From IMG/VR virus record IMGVR_UViG_3300010352_001897: DNA of 64,000 nt; one strand, written 5' to 3'. This DNA is from an uncultured virus (IMG/VR IMGVR_UViG_3300010352_001897). Its lineage: Duplodnaviria; Heunggongvirae; Uroviricota; Caudoviricetes. Position numbers and translations under genes: made by a program. Below the pieces are notes generated by a model that worked only from the letters and a program-made list of their open reading frames with translations, did no database searches and had not been told where the DNA came from. Of this stretch, positions 47,471 to 57,359 are shown piece after piece (within the stretch, counting starts at the first letter, position 1; the number at the start of each line of letters is the position of its first letter).

Positions 47471-48838
47471 ATGAACTATGTGCATTTTTTCATATATGGT
47501 CCGCTGATTGAAGGTGGCTACGATAGTGGCTCAATTCCTGAAGGATCCGTATTTGTTAAAAACGTAATATTAGACACTAAGATGTATTTGACTCCATATG
47601 GATATCCAGTAATTACCTTTGAAAAGGGTAGATCTAAGGGTTCACTATATAAGATTCCTGCCGATAAAATTGCGGAACTTGACGGAATAGAGGGATATTA
47701 TAAGTCCGAAGCTAATGATCTGACAATTAGGAAGAGTTTTAAGTATGGTGATCTGGTAGTATACACCTATGTAGCTTCTAATAAGTTTTTAGACATTGTC
47801 AAAGAGTTTAACGTAGAGATTGAAGATGGCAATTGGTTGAATTTTTATAACAAACACTGGATGCAATATGAGGATCAAACTCCTCAAGAAATGTCTGGAT
47901 ATTTCAGTGCGATGGATATTGACGAGATTTGTAAGGAATTTGATGTAGATTCTATTGACGAGGTTAATACTCTACTAGAATCTTCAATTAGATATAGTAT
48001 TATGTTGGAAGCTAAGAATAATAAGGTCGAGAAAACTAATAAGAATCCTTCAGAAATGGACGTTACTGATGAAGATCCTCAAGATGCACCTGTCCTAGAT
48101 GATCTTACTGAACCTGACCCTACTGAGGCCCCTGCCGATGTAGTTGAACCAGAAAAGCCTGCAGAAGTTCCACCTCCTGAAGTGAGCACTGAAGAACCTG
48201 AACCATCCCTTGCTGATTTAGATGAGCCAGTAGAAACCCCTAAGGCCCCAACTAGCGCACCTCCTCAGCCTGCAACTATCCCGTCTACAAAAGAACTACC
48301 TCCTTCAGAAAAGAAAGAGGAACCTGAAGTTGCTGTCGAATGGAAAAAAGAAAAGCACTTAAGAACATTGTACAATAATTATTTCAAAGTATTTCCTAAG
48401 AATGGAAGTTCTAAGAATATTGATGTCAAATTTACAACCATTAAGGCAGATGCACTACATCCAGATTCAAAGTATCTACAGGCGAATGTCACATCAATAT
48501 GTGAATCTGAGTCCGCAAAGGGGAGATATTATAACCAATGGATGCAGTTGCGTAGGCAACGTATCACTCAAAATTGGAGTGTTGATCTTCCATGCGAAGT
48601 AAGGTGTAATTGCAAATCGTTCATCTATACTATGGCATATTCAAACGTTAAAAACAAGTCATTGGCAGGTGCAGTAACTAGGACTGGTAAATTGGATGGG
48701 AAGATTATTAATTACAACATTCCTTCAAATAAGACAAACCCTAATTACATTCCTGCATTATGTAAGCACTTGATGGCTTTGACTAATGAAATATTTGATA
48801 TGAATAGTGGTAAGGTTAATAAGTCAAATGTGGTATAA
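47471..48838 (+). CDS. gamma-glutamylcyclotransferase-like N-domain, Pro/Glu linker, SWIM-type zinc finger
   Basis: FFIYGPL..LDGIEGY; VRCNCKSF..CKHL. Confidence 0.7.
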   Translation: MNYVHFFIYGPLIEGGYDSGSIPEGSVFVKNVILDTKMYLTPYGYPVITFEKGRSKGSLYKIPADKIAELDGIEGYYKSEANDLTIRKSFKYGDLVVYTYVASNKFLDIVKEFNVEIEDGNWLNFYNKHWMQYEDQTPQEMSGYFSAMDIDEICKEFDVDSIDEVNTLLESSIRYSIMLEAKNNKVEKTNKNPSEMDVTDEDPQDAPVLDDLTEPDPTEAPADVVEPEKPAEVPPPEVSTEEPEPSLADLDEPVETPKAPTSAPPQPATIPSTKELPPSEKKEEPEVAVEWKKEKHLRTLYNNYFKVFPKNGSSKNIDVKFTTIKADALHPDSKYLQANVTSICESESAKGRYYNQWMQLRRQRITQNWSVDLPCEVRCNCKSFIYTMAYSNVKNKSLAGAVTRTGKLDGKIINYNIPSNKTNPNYIPALCKHLMALTNEIFDMNSGKVNKSNVV

Positions 48839-48867
48839 AAAAGGAGATCTTGACGATCTCCTTTTTG

Positions 48868-49212
48868 TTACGCTATCTTTATTTCTTTCGGTTTCTTAGT
48901 TTCGCACAATTCACTAGTAATTTCTAGGATTGAATCTTCATAGGTTGCCTTAATTGTTTCAGGATCATATGCATCACCAAGTACGAATGATCTTTCAAAC
49001 TTGGTTGTTTTGTCATGAAGATTTTTCTTAGTTGCAACAACTTTGATCACATTACCTTCAACAGTTAACGATACGTTTTCCTTTTTAGCACCTTTCAAAT
49101 CAATTCTCAATTTGTTATTACAAACTACGAATTCATCTGAAGTATCAAACAATGAGGAATTCTTTCCTGCGATGAATGGTCTTAGTAGTTCTAATACATC
49201 TCTACTGTACAT
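48868..49212 (-). CDS. small heat shock protein (Hsp20)
   Basis: DLKGAKKENV..FERSFVL..IKATYEDSILEI. Confidence 0.85.
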   Translation of the reverse strand: MYSRDVLELLRPFIAGKNSSLFDTSDEFVVCNNKLRIDLKGAKKENVSLTVEGNVIKVVATKKNLHDKTTKFERSFVLGDAYDPETIKATYEDSILEITSELCETKKPKEIKIA

Positions 49213-49227
49213 TTGGCATCTCCTTTG

Positions 49228-50190
49228 TTAATTGCCGTAGTATTCGTATGGCAAAGCCTGTGCCAAATTGTTTTTCTTATTAATTTCCCTATTCGCCAAA
49301 TTATCAAACCATTTTGAAACAAGGTCTTGTCTCAAATTGATATAGTATTCACTTGGATAGTTTTTTGTATGGTTAGGTCCTTTATAATACATTTGAGCAA
49401 TATCGTATGCCATTGCCGCCTCATACGGGTCATTAAATCTTCCAATCTTAACATCTTTACCTTTAATTCTGGTTGCGGCTACATATTGGGCATATTTTCT
49501 ATCACAATATCGTTTTATCCCTATTAGATCTTCCACCTTTTTATTGTTCAAAATTCCAGTAAAGCTAGGCTTTCTTTCACTTTCTGGCTTTGCCGGGACT
49601 TTCACATTAAGAATCTTTAGATTGCTTTTTGAAAAGTTTAATGGATTTCCGTCAATATGTTCTACCATATTGTATATTCGATCACCTAGCAAATACCTAT
49701 ATACTGAATTAGTTCTTAATTTATACTTATTATGAATGAAATAGATTTTCTTATAAGTTTTGAAATATCTTGCTCTGAAATAATAGGTCTTCTTAAGCAC
49801 TTTCATTATTTTTTCTTCATCTTCAAGATCAAATTTTAATACAACTCTCTGTCTGAATTGTTTAGCTTGAATGTAAACGTAGTTTTCATCCCTCTTTAGT
49901 AATACGTTTCCTTCAATCTTCTTTCTTTTCTGTCTTTTTATTCTCTGAAGAACAACTCTAGATACTACAGTAATATCCTTATTTTCTCTTTTGGTGACTA
50001 TTTTGGCAGAATGTCCATATAGCTTTCTCTCATGTAAGAATACAGACTTAAAGAATTTCAAATATGTTGGACATAATAACTCATAATCTTCTTTTTTTGT
50101 AATTGTACATAAAACAACTACCTTATTTGTTCTTGGAAGTACGCCTCGTAGGCTGTAAAAATGCTGTGGCTTTATAATAATCCTAGACAT
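49228..50190 (-). CDS. HNH-AP2 endonuclease-like protein
   Basis: VEHIDGNPLNFSKSNL; IGRF.DPYEAAMAYD; start moved to MSRIIIK. Confidence 0.75.
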   Translation of the reverse strand: MSRIIIKPQHFYSLRGVLPRTNKVVVLCTITKKEDYELLCPTYLKFFKSVFLHERKLYGHSAKIVTKRENKDITVVSRVVLQRIKRQKRKKIEGNVLLKRDENYVYIQAKQFRQRVVLKFDLEDEEKIMKVLKKTYYFRARYFKTYKKIYFIHNKYKLRTNSVYRYLLGDRIYNMVEHIDGNPLNFSKSNLKILNVKVPAKPESERKPSFTGILNNKKVEDLIGIKRYCDRKYAQYVAATRIKGKDVKIGRFNDPYEAAMAYDIAQMYYKGPNHTKNYPSEYYINLRQDLVSKWFDNLANREINKKNNLAQALPYEYYGN

Positions 50191-50236
50191 TACTAAAATA
50201 TTTATTTTATTAAATAAATAGTTTTCGAGGAATATC

Positions 50237-52315
50237 ATGAGAAAAGATTCACTATTAGAAGTTGATTTTGAGCATCTAGCTTGGTCCCCAGTGTCACACA
50301 AGATCCTAAAATCACTTCCAGGTGCTGTTAAGCCCATTGAAATGGCAAGAGGTAAGAATGACGTATATATTAAGGCTGAATGGGTCGCTGATAATCCTGA
50401 ACAGACTAAAGACATTACCAACTTTAAAAAGATTTTCGAAGAGATTGGTAAGAACAAGGGAAGTGGGACAAAGTTTAGTGAGGCTTTCTTACCTAAAGTA
50501 GATAAAGATTTTGGTAAGGTCCCTCCAGAGAAGCCAAAGGTCGTTGAAAAGGAAACACCTGAACCAGAAGTTGCGGAAAAGGAAACCAAGACTAAGAGCA
50601 TTGAAGATCTCATTAAGGAAATGGGATTGGATAATGTAGACGATATTGACAACTATGATGATATTGATTTGGAAAATGTGCCAGATGAAGTTATTCAGGC
50701 TGAAAAGGTAGACTATGTTCCTAATGAGAAATATAATTATTATGTCATCAATGAAGCAAATGGCATAATTGATAGTGGTTGGACTGACGAAGATTCTGCA
50801 AAGGCTCGTCTTGAGAGTATTATTAGCAATGGAGCCGAAGGGTTTTCTATTGAAAAATATGGAACTAAGCTATTTAAGAAGGTCGGAGATCCAACTACTG
50901 CAACCTGGAAACCTTTTGGTTCCTTTAACTTCTACGTATACGATTCTACATACGAAACGGTTGATTCTGGATTTGATGATGAAGAGGCCGCTAAGAGACG
51001 CATGTCTGAAATCAAGGACATTCTAAAGAATTATTCTGAGATAGATTCTGAGTATCGTGTGATCACTCGCGACGAAGCTTTGGATAAACTTGGCCTTGGG
51101 GTGACTTCTGAGGCCACTTGGGTGAATGTTGATGAACTAGTGAAGAAGGTCGAGAAGGCTCGCTCAGAGGCCCTCATGGAGTCTGTATTGACAGAACTAC
51201 AGGCGTCTCCTGCAAGTGACTTGGGAAGATTTTATCTAATCTTCAAATTTAGTCCAGACTTTGATCCAAATGACACCTCAAACAGAAATGGTAGTTCAGA
51301 AGAGTATTTCGAAAGAGACGTATTCATTGATAGACTTGTATCTGAAGATGGATCGGTCCAGGTAACTTCCAAGGACATGAGAAGAGCGGCTGATGATCTT
51401 AAGTTGCAAGGAACATATCAGAAGCTAGTTAAATTAATCAACCATACTTCAGAGTATTTGTATGATAATCTTGGATTTAATCAAAACGCAAATACTGGCA
51501 ATGGCGGATATAGTCAAACTGCAGGTGAAGTGGATAAGAATCCAAGCCCTAAGCTCGCAAATGAATACCTTAGAGCAATTGAAGATATTGGATCTGAACT
51601 AAAGGCCAAGTCAACCGATAGTGGAACTGCCCTTGCGGCATTGGGTGTTGCGTTCCGTGAATTGGCTAAAGAAGAAGAAGGAATTAGTGAGAAGATTAAT
51701 GAGATTATCAACTCAGGAGAGACTGCAGAAGCTATTTCTTCAAATAATACATTAAAACAGATTAAGGACATTATTCTTGAGAAGTGGGACGGGGCTGTTC
51801 AGAAGCAACTAATTTCCACTTTGGATAAGATAATTATACCTTACATTTTGGAACTTAATGATGATGCAGAAGAAAACAGAATATATACTGCAGTGTTGAA
51901 TATGCTAAAATCTGATTCAGCTTCTGGTGAGAAAATAACAAATAATCCATTTACTAGGGTGGTTGAAGTAGATCCAACTAATGTAAGTAAAGCCAAGAAG
52001 AATCGTGTACCTACTCCTGCAGAGAATATTGGTGCGGCAGGACTTCCAATTCTATTTAACAATAAGCTCAAAGAGTATAATAGCAAAATATCGAAAGCAA
52101 TTAGTTCTATTCAACAGGATGAGAAAAAGGCTAGAGATTATTATGCCGCAAATGGTTCTCAAAAGAAAAAGCTTGTTGCAGATGAATATCAAAAACTATT
52201 CGGCACTGTAATGAGTAATGACTTTAAGGACATTAGAGATGAGCACAAAAATAACGTCCTTAGTGCATCAGGTATGCAGGGTAAAAATTATGACTACCAG
52301 ACGGTGAGAAAGTAA
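50237..52315 (+). CDS. large acidic late protein with two internal repeats
   Basis: YV..IDSGWTDEDSAK.R / YV..VDSGFDDEEAAK.R; TAAATA and GAGG upstream. Confidence 0.8.
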   Translation: MRKDSLLEVDFEHLAWSPVSHKILKSLPGAVKPIEMARGKNDVYIKAEWVADNPEQTKDITNFKKIFEEIGKNKGSGTKFSEAFLPKVDKDFGKVPPEKPKVVEKETPEPEVAEKETKTKSIEDLIKEMGLDNVDDIDNYDDIDLENVPDEVIQAEKVDYVPNEKYNYYVINEANGIIDSGWTDEDSAKARLESIISNGAEGFSIEKYGTKLFKKVGDPTTATWKPFGSFNFYVYDSTYETVDSGFDDEEAAKRRMSEIKDILKNYSEIDSEYRVITRDEALDKLGLGVTSEATWVNVDELVKKVEKARSEALMESVLTELQASPASDLGRFYLIFKFSPDFDPNDTSNRNGSSEEYFERDVFIDRLVSEDGSVQVTSKDMRRAADDLKLQGTYQKLVKLINHTSEYLYDNLGFNQNANTGNGGYSQTAGEVDKNPSPKLANEYLRAIEDIGSELKAKSTDSGTALAALGVAFRELAKEEEGISEKINEIINSGETAEAISSNNTLKQIKDIILEKWDGAVQKQLISTLDKIIIPYILELNDDAEENRIYTAVLNMLKSDSASGEKITNNPFTRVVEVDPTNVSKAKKNRVPTPAENIGAAGLPILFNNKLKEYNSKISKAISSIQQDEKKARDYYAANGSQKKKLVADEYQKLFGTVMSNDFKDIRDEHKNNVLSASGMQGKNYDYQTVRK

Positions 52316-52349
52316 GAATATTGGTTTCTAAATATTCTTGAGGTAATAT

Positions 52350-53099
52350 ATGAAATGGGATGAAAACGATGAAAAGTATTGTGTTGAATTTGACACTGCT
52401 AATGTATTAGAATTGTTGCGTTGTAAGAGTGACCCTGCTTACTTTATTTTTAACTATGTCAAGATATTTAATCTTGACGAGGGAGTTGTTCTTATTAAGA
52501 AAACTAAAGTTGCATTGAGAATATTGGCAAGAATTCATAAAAATCAACGAATTAATATTAGATCTAGTAGACAAGTAGGAACTACTACAATAAATTTAGC
52601 ATACATTCTATGGAAATCAATATTTAATAGAGATTTGACAATAATGGTTGGTGGATATAACATTTCACATGGACAAACGCTATTATCAATGATTAAAGAT
52701 ATGCATAATAGGTTGCCTGAATATATGAAAAGAACAGTTACCACCAATAATTCCAAAAAATTAACATTAGACAATGGAACTTCGATTAGGATATTTCCTA
52801 CTAATAATGCCTCACATTATCTTAGAGGATATAGTATTAATTACCTATATACTGAGTTTTTGCCAACATCAAACAATATTGATGATTTTTTTAATCACAT
52901 ATTGCCTGTAATGTATTCACTACGCTCTTCAAAAATAATATTGGTAAATGTTGAAAGCAAAGTTTGTCGTAAGCTTTCACAATTCACAGTGTGTAGAATT
53001 CCCTGGCATTTTAATCCCAAATTCGATCATGACTATAAGAGAAATATGATTTCACTGCTCGGATATGCCAGATGGCACTCTGAGTTTGAGGCGTCTTAA
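52350..53099 (+). CDS. degenerate terminase ATPase-domain paralog
   Basis: RCKSDP.YFI.NYVKI, SRQVGTTT (Walker A Lys lost), YLYTEF (Walker B Asp lost). Confidence 0.75.
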   Translation: MKWDENDEKYCVEFDTANVLELLRCKSDPAYFIFNYVKIFNLDEGVVLIKKTKVALRILARIHKNQRINIRSSRQVGTTTINLAYILWKSIFNRDLTIMVGGYNISHGQTLLSMIKDMHNRLPEYMKRTVTTNNSKKLTLDNGTSIRIFPTNNASHYLRGYSINYLYTEFLPTSNNIDDFFNHILPVMYSLRSSKIILVNVESKVCRKLSQFTVCRIPWHFNPKFDHDYKRNMISLLGYARWHSEFEAS

Positions 53100-53998
53100 T
53101 GTATCTTAGTAATCCTGACCTTAGAGGTATTAGTGATGGCGACATCGAATATGAAGATTGGCAAATTAAAGAATTGGCCAAGTGTAAAAGAGATCCTTTA
53201 CATTTCATATTAACCTATATTAAGGTCGTTGATGGCGATAAAGGACTAATTCCATTTCAACCTAGAGAATATTCTATTGAATTTATTAAGAATATTCATT
53301 CTAACAATTATACCTTAGTTAAGTTTCCTCGTCAAAGTGGAAAGAGTATTACTGTTGCCGCATATTTGGTCTGGTATATTATTTTCAACAAGAAGAAGAA
53401 TGCAGTAATTCTAGCTCACCAAAAGTCTATGGCCACTGAGCAATTATCTAGAATAAAAGCCATGATTCAAGAAATTCCACTATGGATGCAACAGCCTGTA
53501 TTGAAGTGGAATGAAAGCTCAATTGCATTTGCCAATGACTCAAAGATCGTTTCTTCAGCAACTCAGCAAAAATCTGTTCGTGGATTTACCGTAAATTTCC
53601 TATATCTTGACGAATTTGCATTCGTTGAGCCTCATATTGCTAATGGCTTCATATCTTCAGTATTTCCTACAATCTCTTCCATGGAAAGTGCTAAGGTTGT
53701 TGTTACTTCGACGCCCAACGGCCTTAATCATTTTCATAAAATGTGGAGTGAAGCTAAGACACTCCTAAAGGCTAAAAAACTACTTGAGCCTAAGGATTGG
53801 AGAACTCTAGAAATACCTTGGGATGCTGTTCCTGGAAGAAATGAAGCTTGGAAGAAAAATGAAATTAATAAGATAGGTGAGGTCCGATTTAAACAAGAAT
53901 ATGAATGTATTTCATATGACGAAATAATTACAATTATTGACACCTTTACTGGAGAAATTCAAAAAATAAAAATAGGAGACTTATATGGAATGTTGTAA
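53099..53998 (+). CDS. terL: terminase large subunit N-part plus 30-aa split intein IntN
   Basis: PRQSGKS, LYLDEFAF, VTSTPNG, FKQEYE|CISYDE. Confidence 0.93.
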   Translation: MYLSNPDLRGISDGDIEYEDWQIKELAKCKRDPLHFILTYIKVVDGDKGLIPFQPREYSIEFIKNIHSNNYTLVKFPRQSGKSITVAAYLVWYIIFNKKKNAVILAHQKSMATEQLSRIKAMIQEIPLWMQQPVLKWNESSIAFANDSKIVSSATQQKSVRGFTVNFLYLDEFAFVEPHIANGFISSVFPTISSMESAKVVVTSTPNGLNHFHKMWSEAKTLLKAKKLLEPKDWRTLEIPWDAVPGRNEAWKKNEINKIGEVRFKQEYECISYDEIITIIDTFTGEIQKIKIGDLYGML

Positions 53999-55094
53999 AT
54001 CTTGTGGAAATTATTCATATGTTAGGATATGTGATCTGATGCGCCATATTAAAAAATGTGATAAATCTTGTAAATCATATAGTGAATATTTAATAAAATA
54101 TACATGTGAAGATAGTAAAATTCCCAAATGTCTAAGTTGCGAAAATGGCGTAAAAATAACTAAAAATAAAATATATAAATATTGTGAAAAATGTAATAAA
54201 GTTAAGTATGTTTCATTATTGTCAACATTAGCTAAAGATAGATATTGTGATATAACAATGAAACAAGAAATATTAAATAAAAGGAAAAAAACAAATTTAT
54301 TAAAATATGGAACTTGTGCCGCCTCACAATCAGAAGAAATTAAAAATAAAACCATTAAAACGAACATTATGAAATATGGAATTCCAACTACGTTGCAACT
54401 AATACAAGTTAAAACTAAAAGAAATGAAGCGTTTACTGTTAAGGCTGAATCAATCAATATGAAAAGATCTAATGCGTGGAACACGGATCTAATCAATCAG
54501 GCTTCTAATGCTAGAAAAAATACAGTATTACTCAAGTACGGAGTTGAATATATTAGTCAAGTAGAGGATATTAGATTAGTGTTGAGCAATAAAGCTAAAT
54601 TAAGATATCTTTCAAATGACTTTAAAATAAAATGTAAAGAATTATTATTTAAAAAATATGGCGTATACAATGTATCCCAATTGGCATCTGTGAAAAAATC
54701 AATAATTAATACTAGCAATATTAACTTTGGAGCAGATAATTACCTATCATCGAACATTAGAAGAAAATTAGAAGAAGATAAGAATAATTGGATCCCTTTA
54801 GAATTAATTAAAGATTTTGAGAAATATCATAGGTTATGCATAATTGAAACAAATAAACATATTCCAGTTCTATTTGCTAATTGGAATGGAAGGTGTTATT
54901 ATTCTAGTGTTGAATTGTTAACAAGTAGTATAGAATATAATAACCCTAAGTATCGAACGATTGATCATAAAATATCTATCTTTTACGGATTTGTCAATAA
55001 CATTCCACCTCAAATAATAGGTAATATTAATAATTTATGTATTTGTAGTCGAGAATATAACACAAAAAAGAACAAGAAGTGCCATGGAATATAA
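53985..55094 (+). CDS. free-standing homing endonuclease inserted between the intein halves
   Basis: Cys-rich N-terminus, KYG(V) repeats, TIDHKIS..NNL..N HNH motif. Confidence 0.85.
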   Translation: MECCKSCGNYSYVRICDLMRHIKKCDKSCKSYSEYLIKYTCEDSKIPKCLSCENGVKITKNKIYKYCEKCNKVKYVSLLSTLAKDRYCDITMKQEILNKRKKTNLLKYGTCAASQSEEIKNKTIKTNIMKYGIPTTLQLIQVKTKRNEAFTVKAESINMKRSNAWNTDLINQASNARKNTVLLKYGVEYISQVEDIRLVLSNKAKLRYLSNDFKIKCKELLFKKYGVYNVSQLASVKKSIINTSNINFGADNYLSSNIRRKLEEDKNNWIPLELIKDFEKYHRLCIIETNKHIPVLFANWNGRCYYSSVELLTSSIEYNNPKYRTIDHKISIFYGFVNNIPPQIIGNINNLCICSREYNTKKNKKCHGI

Positions 55095-56268
55095 AAAAAA
55101 CACCAGATTTAAAATATTAACACCTAGCGGATTTAAGAATTTTGATGGAATATCGAAATCTCCAAGGCAACAAGGGGTCACATTAATATTATCAAATGGA
55201 ATGTCTTTTAATTGTACTAATGACCATAAAATAAAAATAAATGGAAATTTTGTCAGTGCAAAAGATTCAAAAAATGGAAAAATATCTGACTTAATATATG
55301 TAGTTAATGTAATTCCCAACATTGAATATTGTGAATATTATGATATGCTAGAAGTTGAAGGTCATGAATATGTTTCAAGTGACTTAATATCACATAATTG
55401 TGAATTTTTAGGATCTGTAGCAACGCTTGTTGATGCTAAGTATCTTAAGGATTTGGGCTATAAAGTACCAATAGCCATTCTTGACGGTGACCGTCTAAGA
55501 ATATACGAATACCCTAAGAATCCTCAAGAAATGACTGACAAGGGATTTGAATATTTAATTACTGTTGACCCTGCAATGGGCACAATGCAAGATTATAGTG
55601 TATGTCAGGTTTGGTTGGTAGAATCTAATACTAAAATTAGGCAAGTGGCAGTATATGAATCAAATGACGTTCCGCCTAAAAAATACATTGAAAAGATCTA
55701 TACGTTAGCAAAACTATACAACGAAGCGGCAATTATTGTTGAAACAATGGAACAGGCAGGTGGGGTGATTATTGATGGACTTCATTATTCCAAGAATTAT
55801 CCTAATTTAATACATATGAATGAGAAGGGTCTTGGGTTTAATATGTCCCACAATCGTAAGATTGAGGCGTGTGTATATTTGCAAGTATATATGGAAAAAG
55901 GATTAATTGAAATTGTTGATCATAGGACAATTACCCAAATGTCCATGTTTGGTAAAAAAGGTAATACCTATAAGGCATTGTCTGATGGACATGACGACTT
56001 GATTACTCCTATATTGGCAATGTTGTATTATGTAAACAGTGCTTACTTCTATGGAAATATTGATGAAGAGCCAATATATAAGAAGAAAACTGTGGCTGAA
56101 GAATTTAGTGGCATTGAAGAAGTCACAGATGAGAATGTTAGAAACATTGTAAATGGTTGGCATGATCGATCTGAAAATGAAGAGTATGCCCCACTAATCA
56201 GTTCACCTAACAACCCTCATACCTTCAACAACAACCACTTCCTATACGGCCAAGACGTTAGATATTAA
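55084..56268 (+). CDS. terL: 105-aa split intein IntC plus terminase large subunit nuclease domain
   Basis: ILTPSGF, CT.DH, YD, SHN|CEFLGS; TVDPAMG..DYS, GHDDL. Confidence 0.93.
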   Translation: MEYKKNTRFKILTPSGFKNFDGISKSPRQQGVTLILSNGMSFNCTNDHKIKINGNFVSAKDSKNGKISDLIYVVNVIPNIEYCEYYDMLEVEGHEYVSSDLISHNCEFLGSVATLVDAKYLKDLGYKVPIAILDGDRLRIYEYPKNPQEMTDKGFEYLITVDPAMGTMQDYSVCQVWLVESNTKIRQVAVYESNDVPPKKYIEKIYTLAKLYNEAAIIVETMEQAGGVIIDGLHYSKNYPNLIHMNEKGLGFNMSHNRKIEACVYLQVYMEKGLIEIVDHRTITQMSMFGKKGNTYKALSDGHDDLITPILAMLYYVNSAYFYGNIDEEPIYKKKTVAEEFSGIEEVTDENVRNIVNGWHDRSENEEYAPLISSPNNPHTFNNNHFLYGQDVRY

Positions 56269-57359
56269 CGCCAAGCAATGGTAATATATGCAGTTCCTTG
56301 GGTACAGCTACCCTTATTAAAATAGATGTTGATAGGAGTATCAATGTTCAACTTATCTTCCATTGATATTGCATATTTTGCGGGGAAATATAGGTTGTTT
56401 TCAGATGCCATCATAAACCTGCCAGTATTTCCTTCAATACCTATTGATAATGTTGATTCCAAACTATTGAAACTATCTGCCACATAAACTTCAACATATA
56501 CTACAGTCGAGCCTGTAGGAATTCTTACTAATTCACTTATTGGAGATGATACTGCTGTGATTTCTACACGCATGTAATTATCTGATGCGGAAATGATCTT
56601 GTTTACCGTGTACGTATTATTAACACTACCAAGTTCAACAATTTCACCCATCTTCTTATTATAATCACTAATGCTTCCAACATATCCATCATCTACAATT
56701 TCTCCAACAGGTCTATTGTTCATTTTAATATTTTGACTAATGTGTTTAATGATTGCGGCGGCAGATACTGGAGGGTACAGTGGTGCGGTTGCTGTCAATT
56801 TTAATTCAGTTTGATAATATTGTATTTCCTCTCTACTGACCTCATCAACAAAGTCGAAAGAAATTCCATCTTCCAATGTTAGAATAATATCCCTTTCAAT
56901 ATTTACAGATTCAAATTCAGTTATTGCAAGGGTAATTGTAGGATCAAAATATGTTAAGATGTTTTCAACCATTTGGGAGAAGTCAATTAGATTCTCAGCA
57001 TACAATGTTAATGTGAATGAGATTTTCCATGTGGATGGTCGCCTATCTCTAAGTGAGATATTTCTATTTTTATCATATACGGTTCTTACATAGTTTTGTT
57101 GAGTAGTTCTGTTTGAATCTCTACTCATACCTGATAGGCGCAATCCCATAATTGGAATTTGGTGTTGCGATTCCTTTATTTTAGAAGTGTTTCTTATAAA
57201 TTGTGCAAAGTTTTTATTGTAGTGATGAACAATTGGTACATCAATTATTTTAGATACGTTGCCATCATCATCGAAACGATTAATTCTAATATCATTGAAC
57301 ACGTCAATGATGGCAGTTGTTACTCGTTCAATAACTCTAGGGTAATAATAGGGTACCAA
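56265..57359 (-). CDS. tail sheath stabiliser/completion protein (T4 gp15-like)
   Basis: YYP..IER...A..DVFNDI.I.R, VPI, Q.VE.IL.YF.P, RDI..TL. Confidence 0.8.
   Translation of the reverse strand: MVPYYYPRVIERVTTAIIDVFNDIRINRFDDDGNVSKIIDVPIVHHYNKNFAQFIRNTSKIKESQHQIPIMGLRLSGMSRDSNRTTQQNYVRTVYDKNRNISLRDRRPSTWKISFTLTLYAENLIDFSQMVENILTYFDPTITLAITEFESVNIERDIILTLEDGISFDFVDEVSREEIQYYQTELKLTATAPLYPPVSAAAIIKHISQNIKMNNRPVGEIVDDGYVGSISDYNKKMGEIVELGSVNNTYTVNKIISASDNYMRVEITAVSSPISELVRIPTGSTVVYVEVYVADSFNSLESTLSIGIEGNTGRFMMASENNLYFPAKYAISMEDKLNIDTPINIYFNKGSCTQGTAYITIAWR

Noticed and set aside
50191..50652. N-terminal 154 aa of the 474-aa minus ORF
   Set aside because: Antisense to the well-supported 50237 gene; a real start at 50190 follows a divergent TAAATA region.
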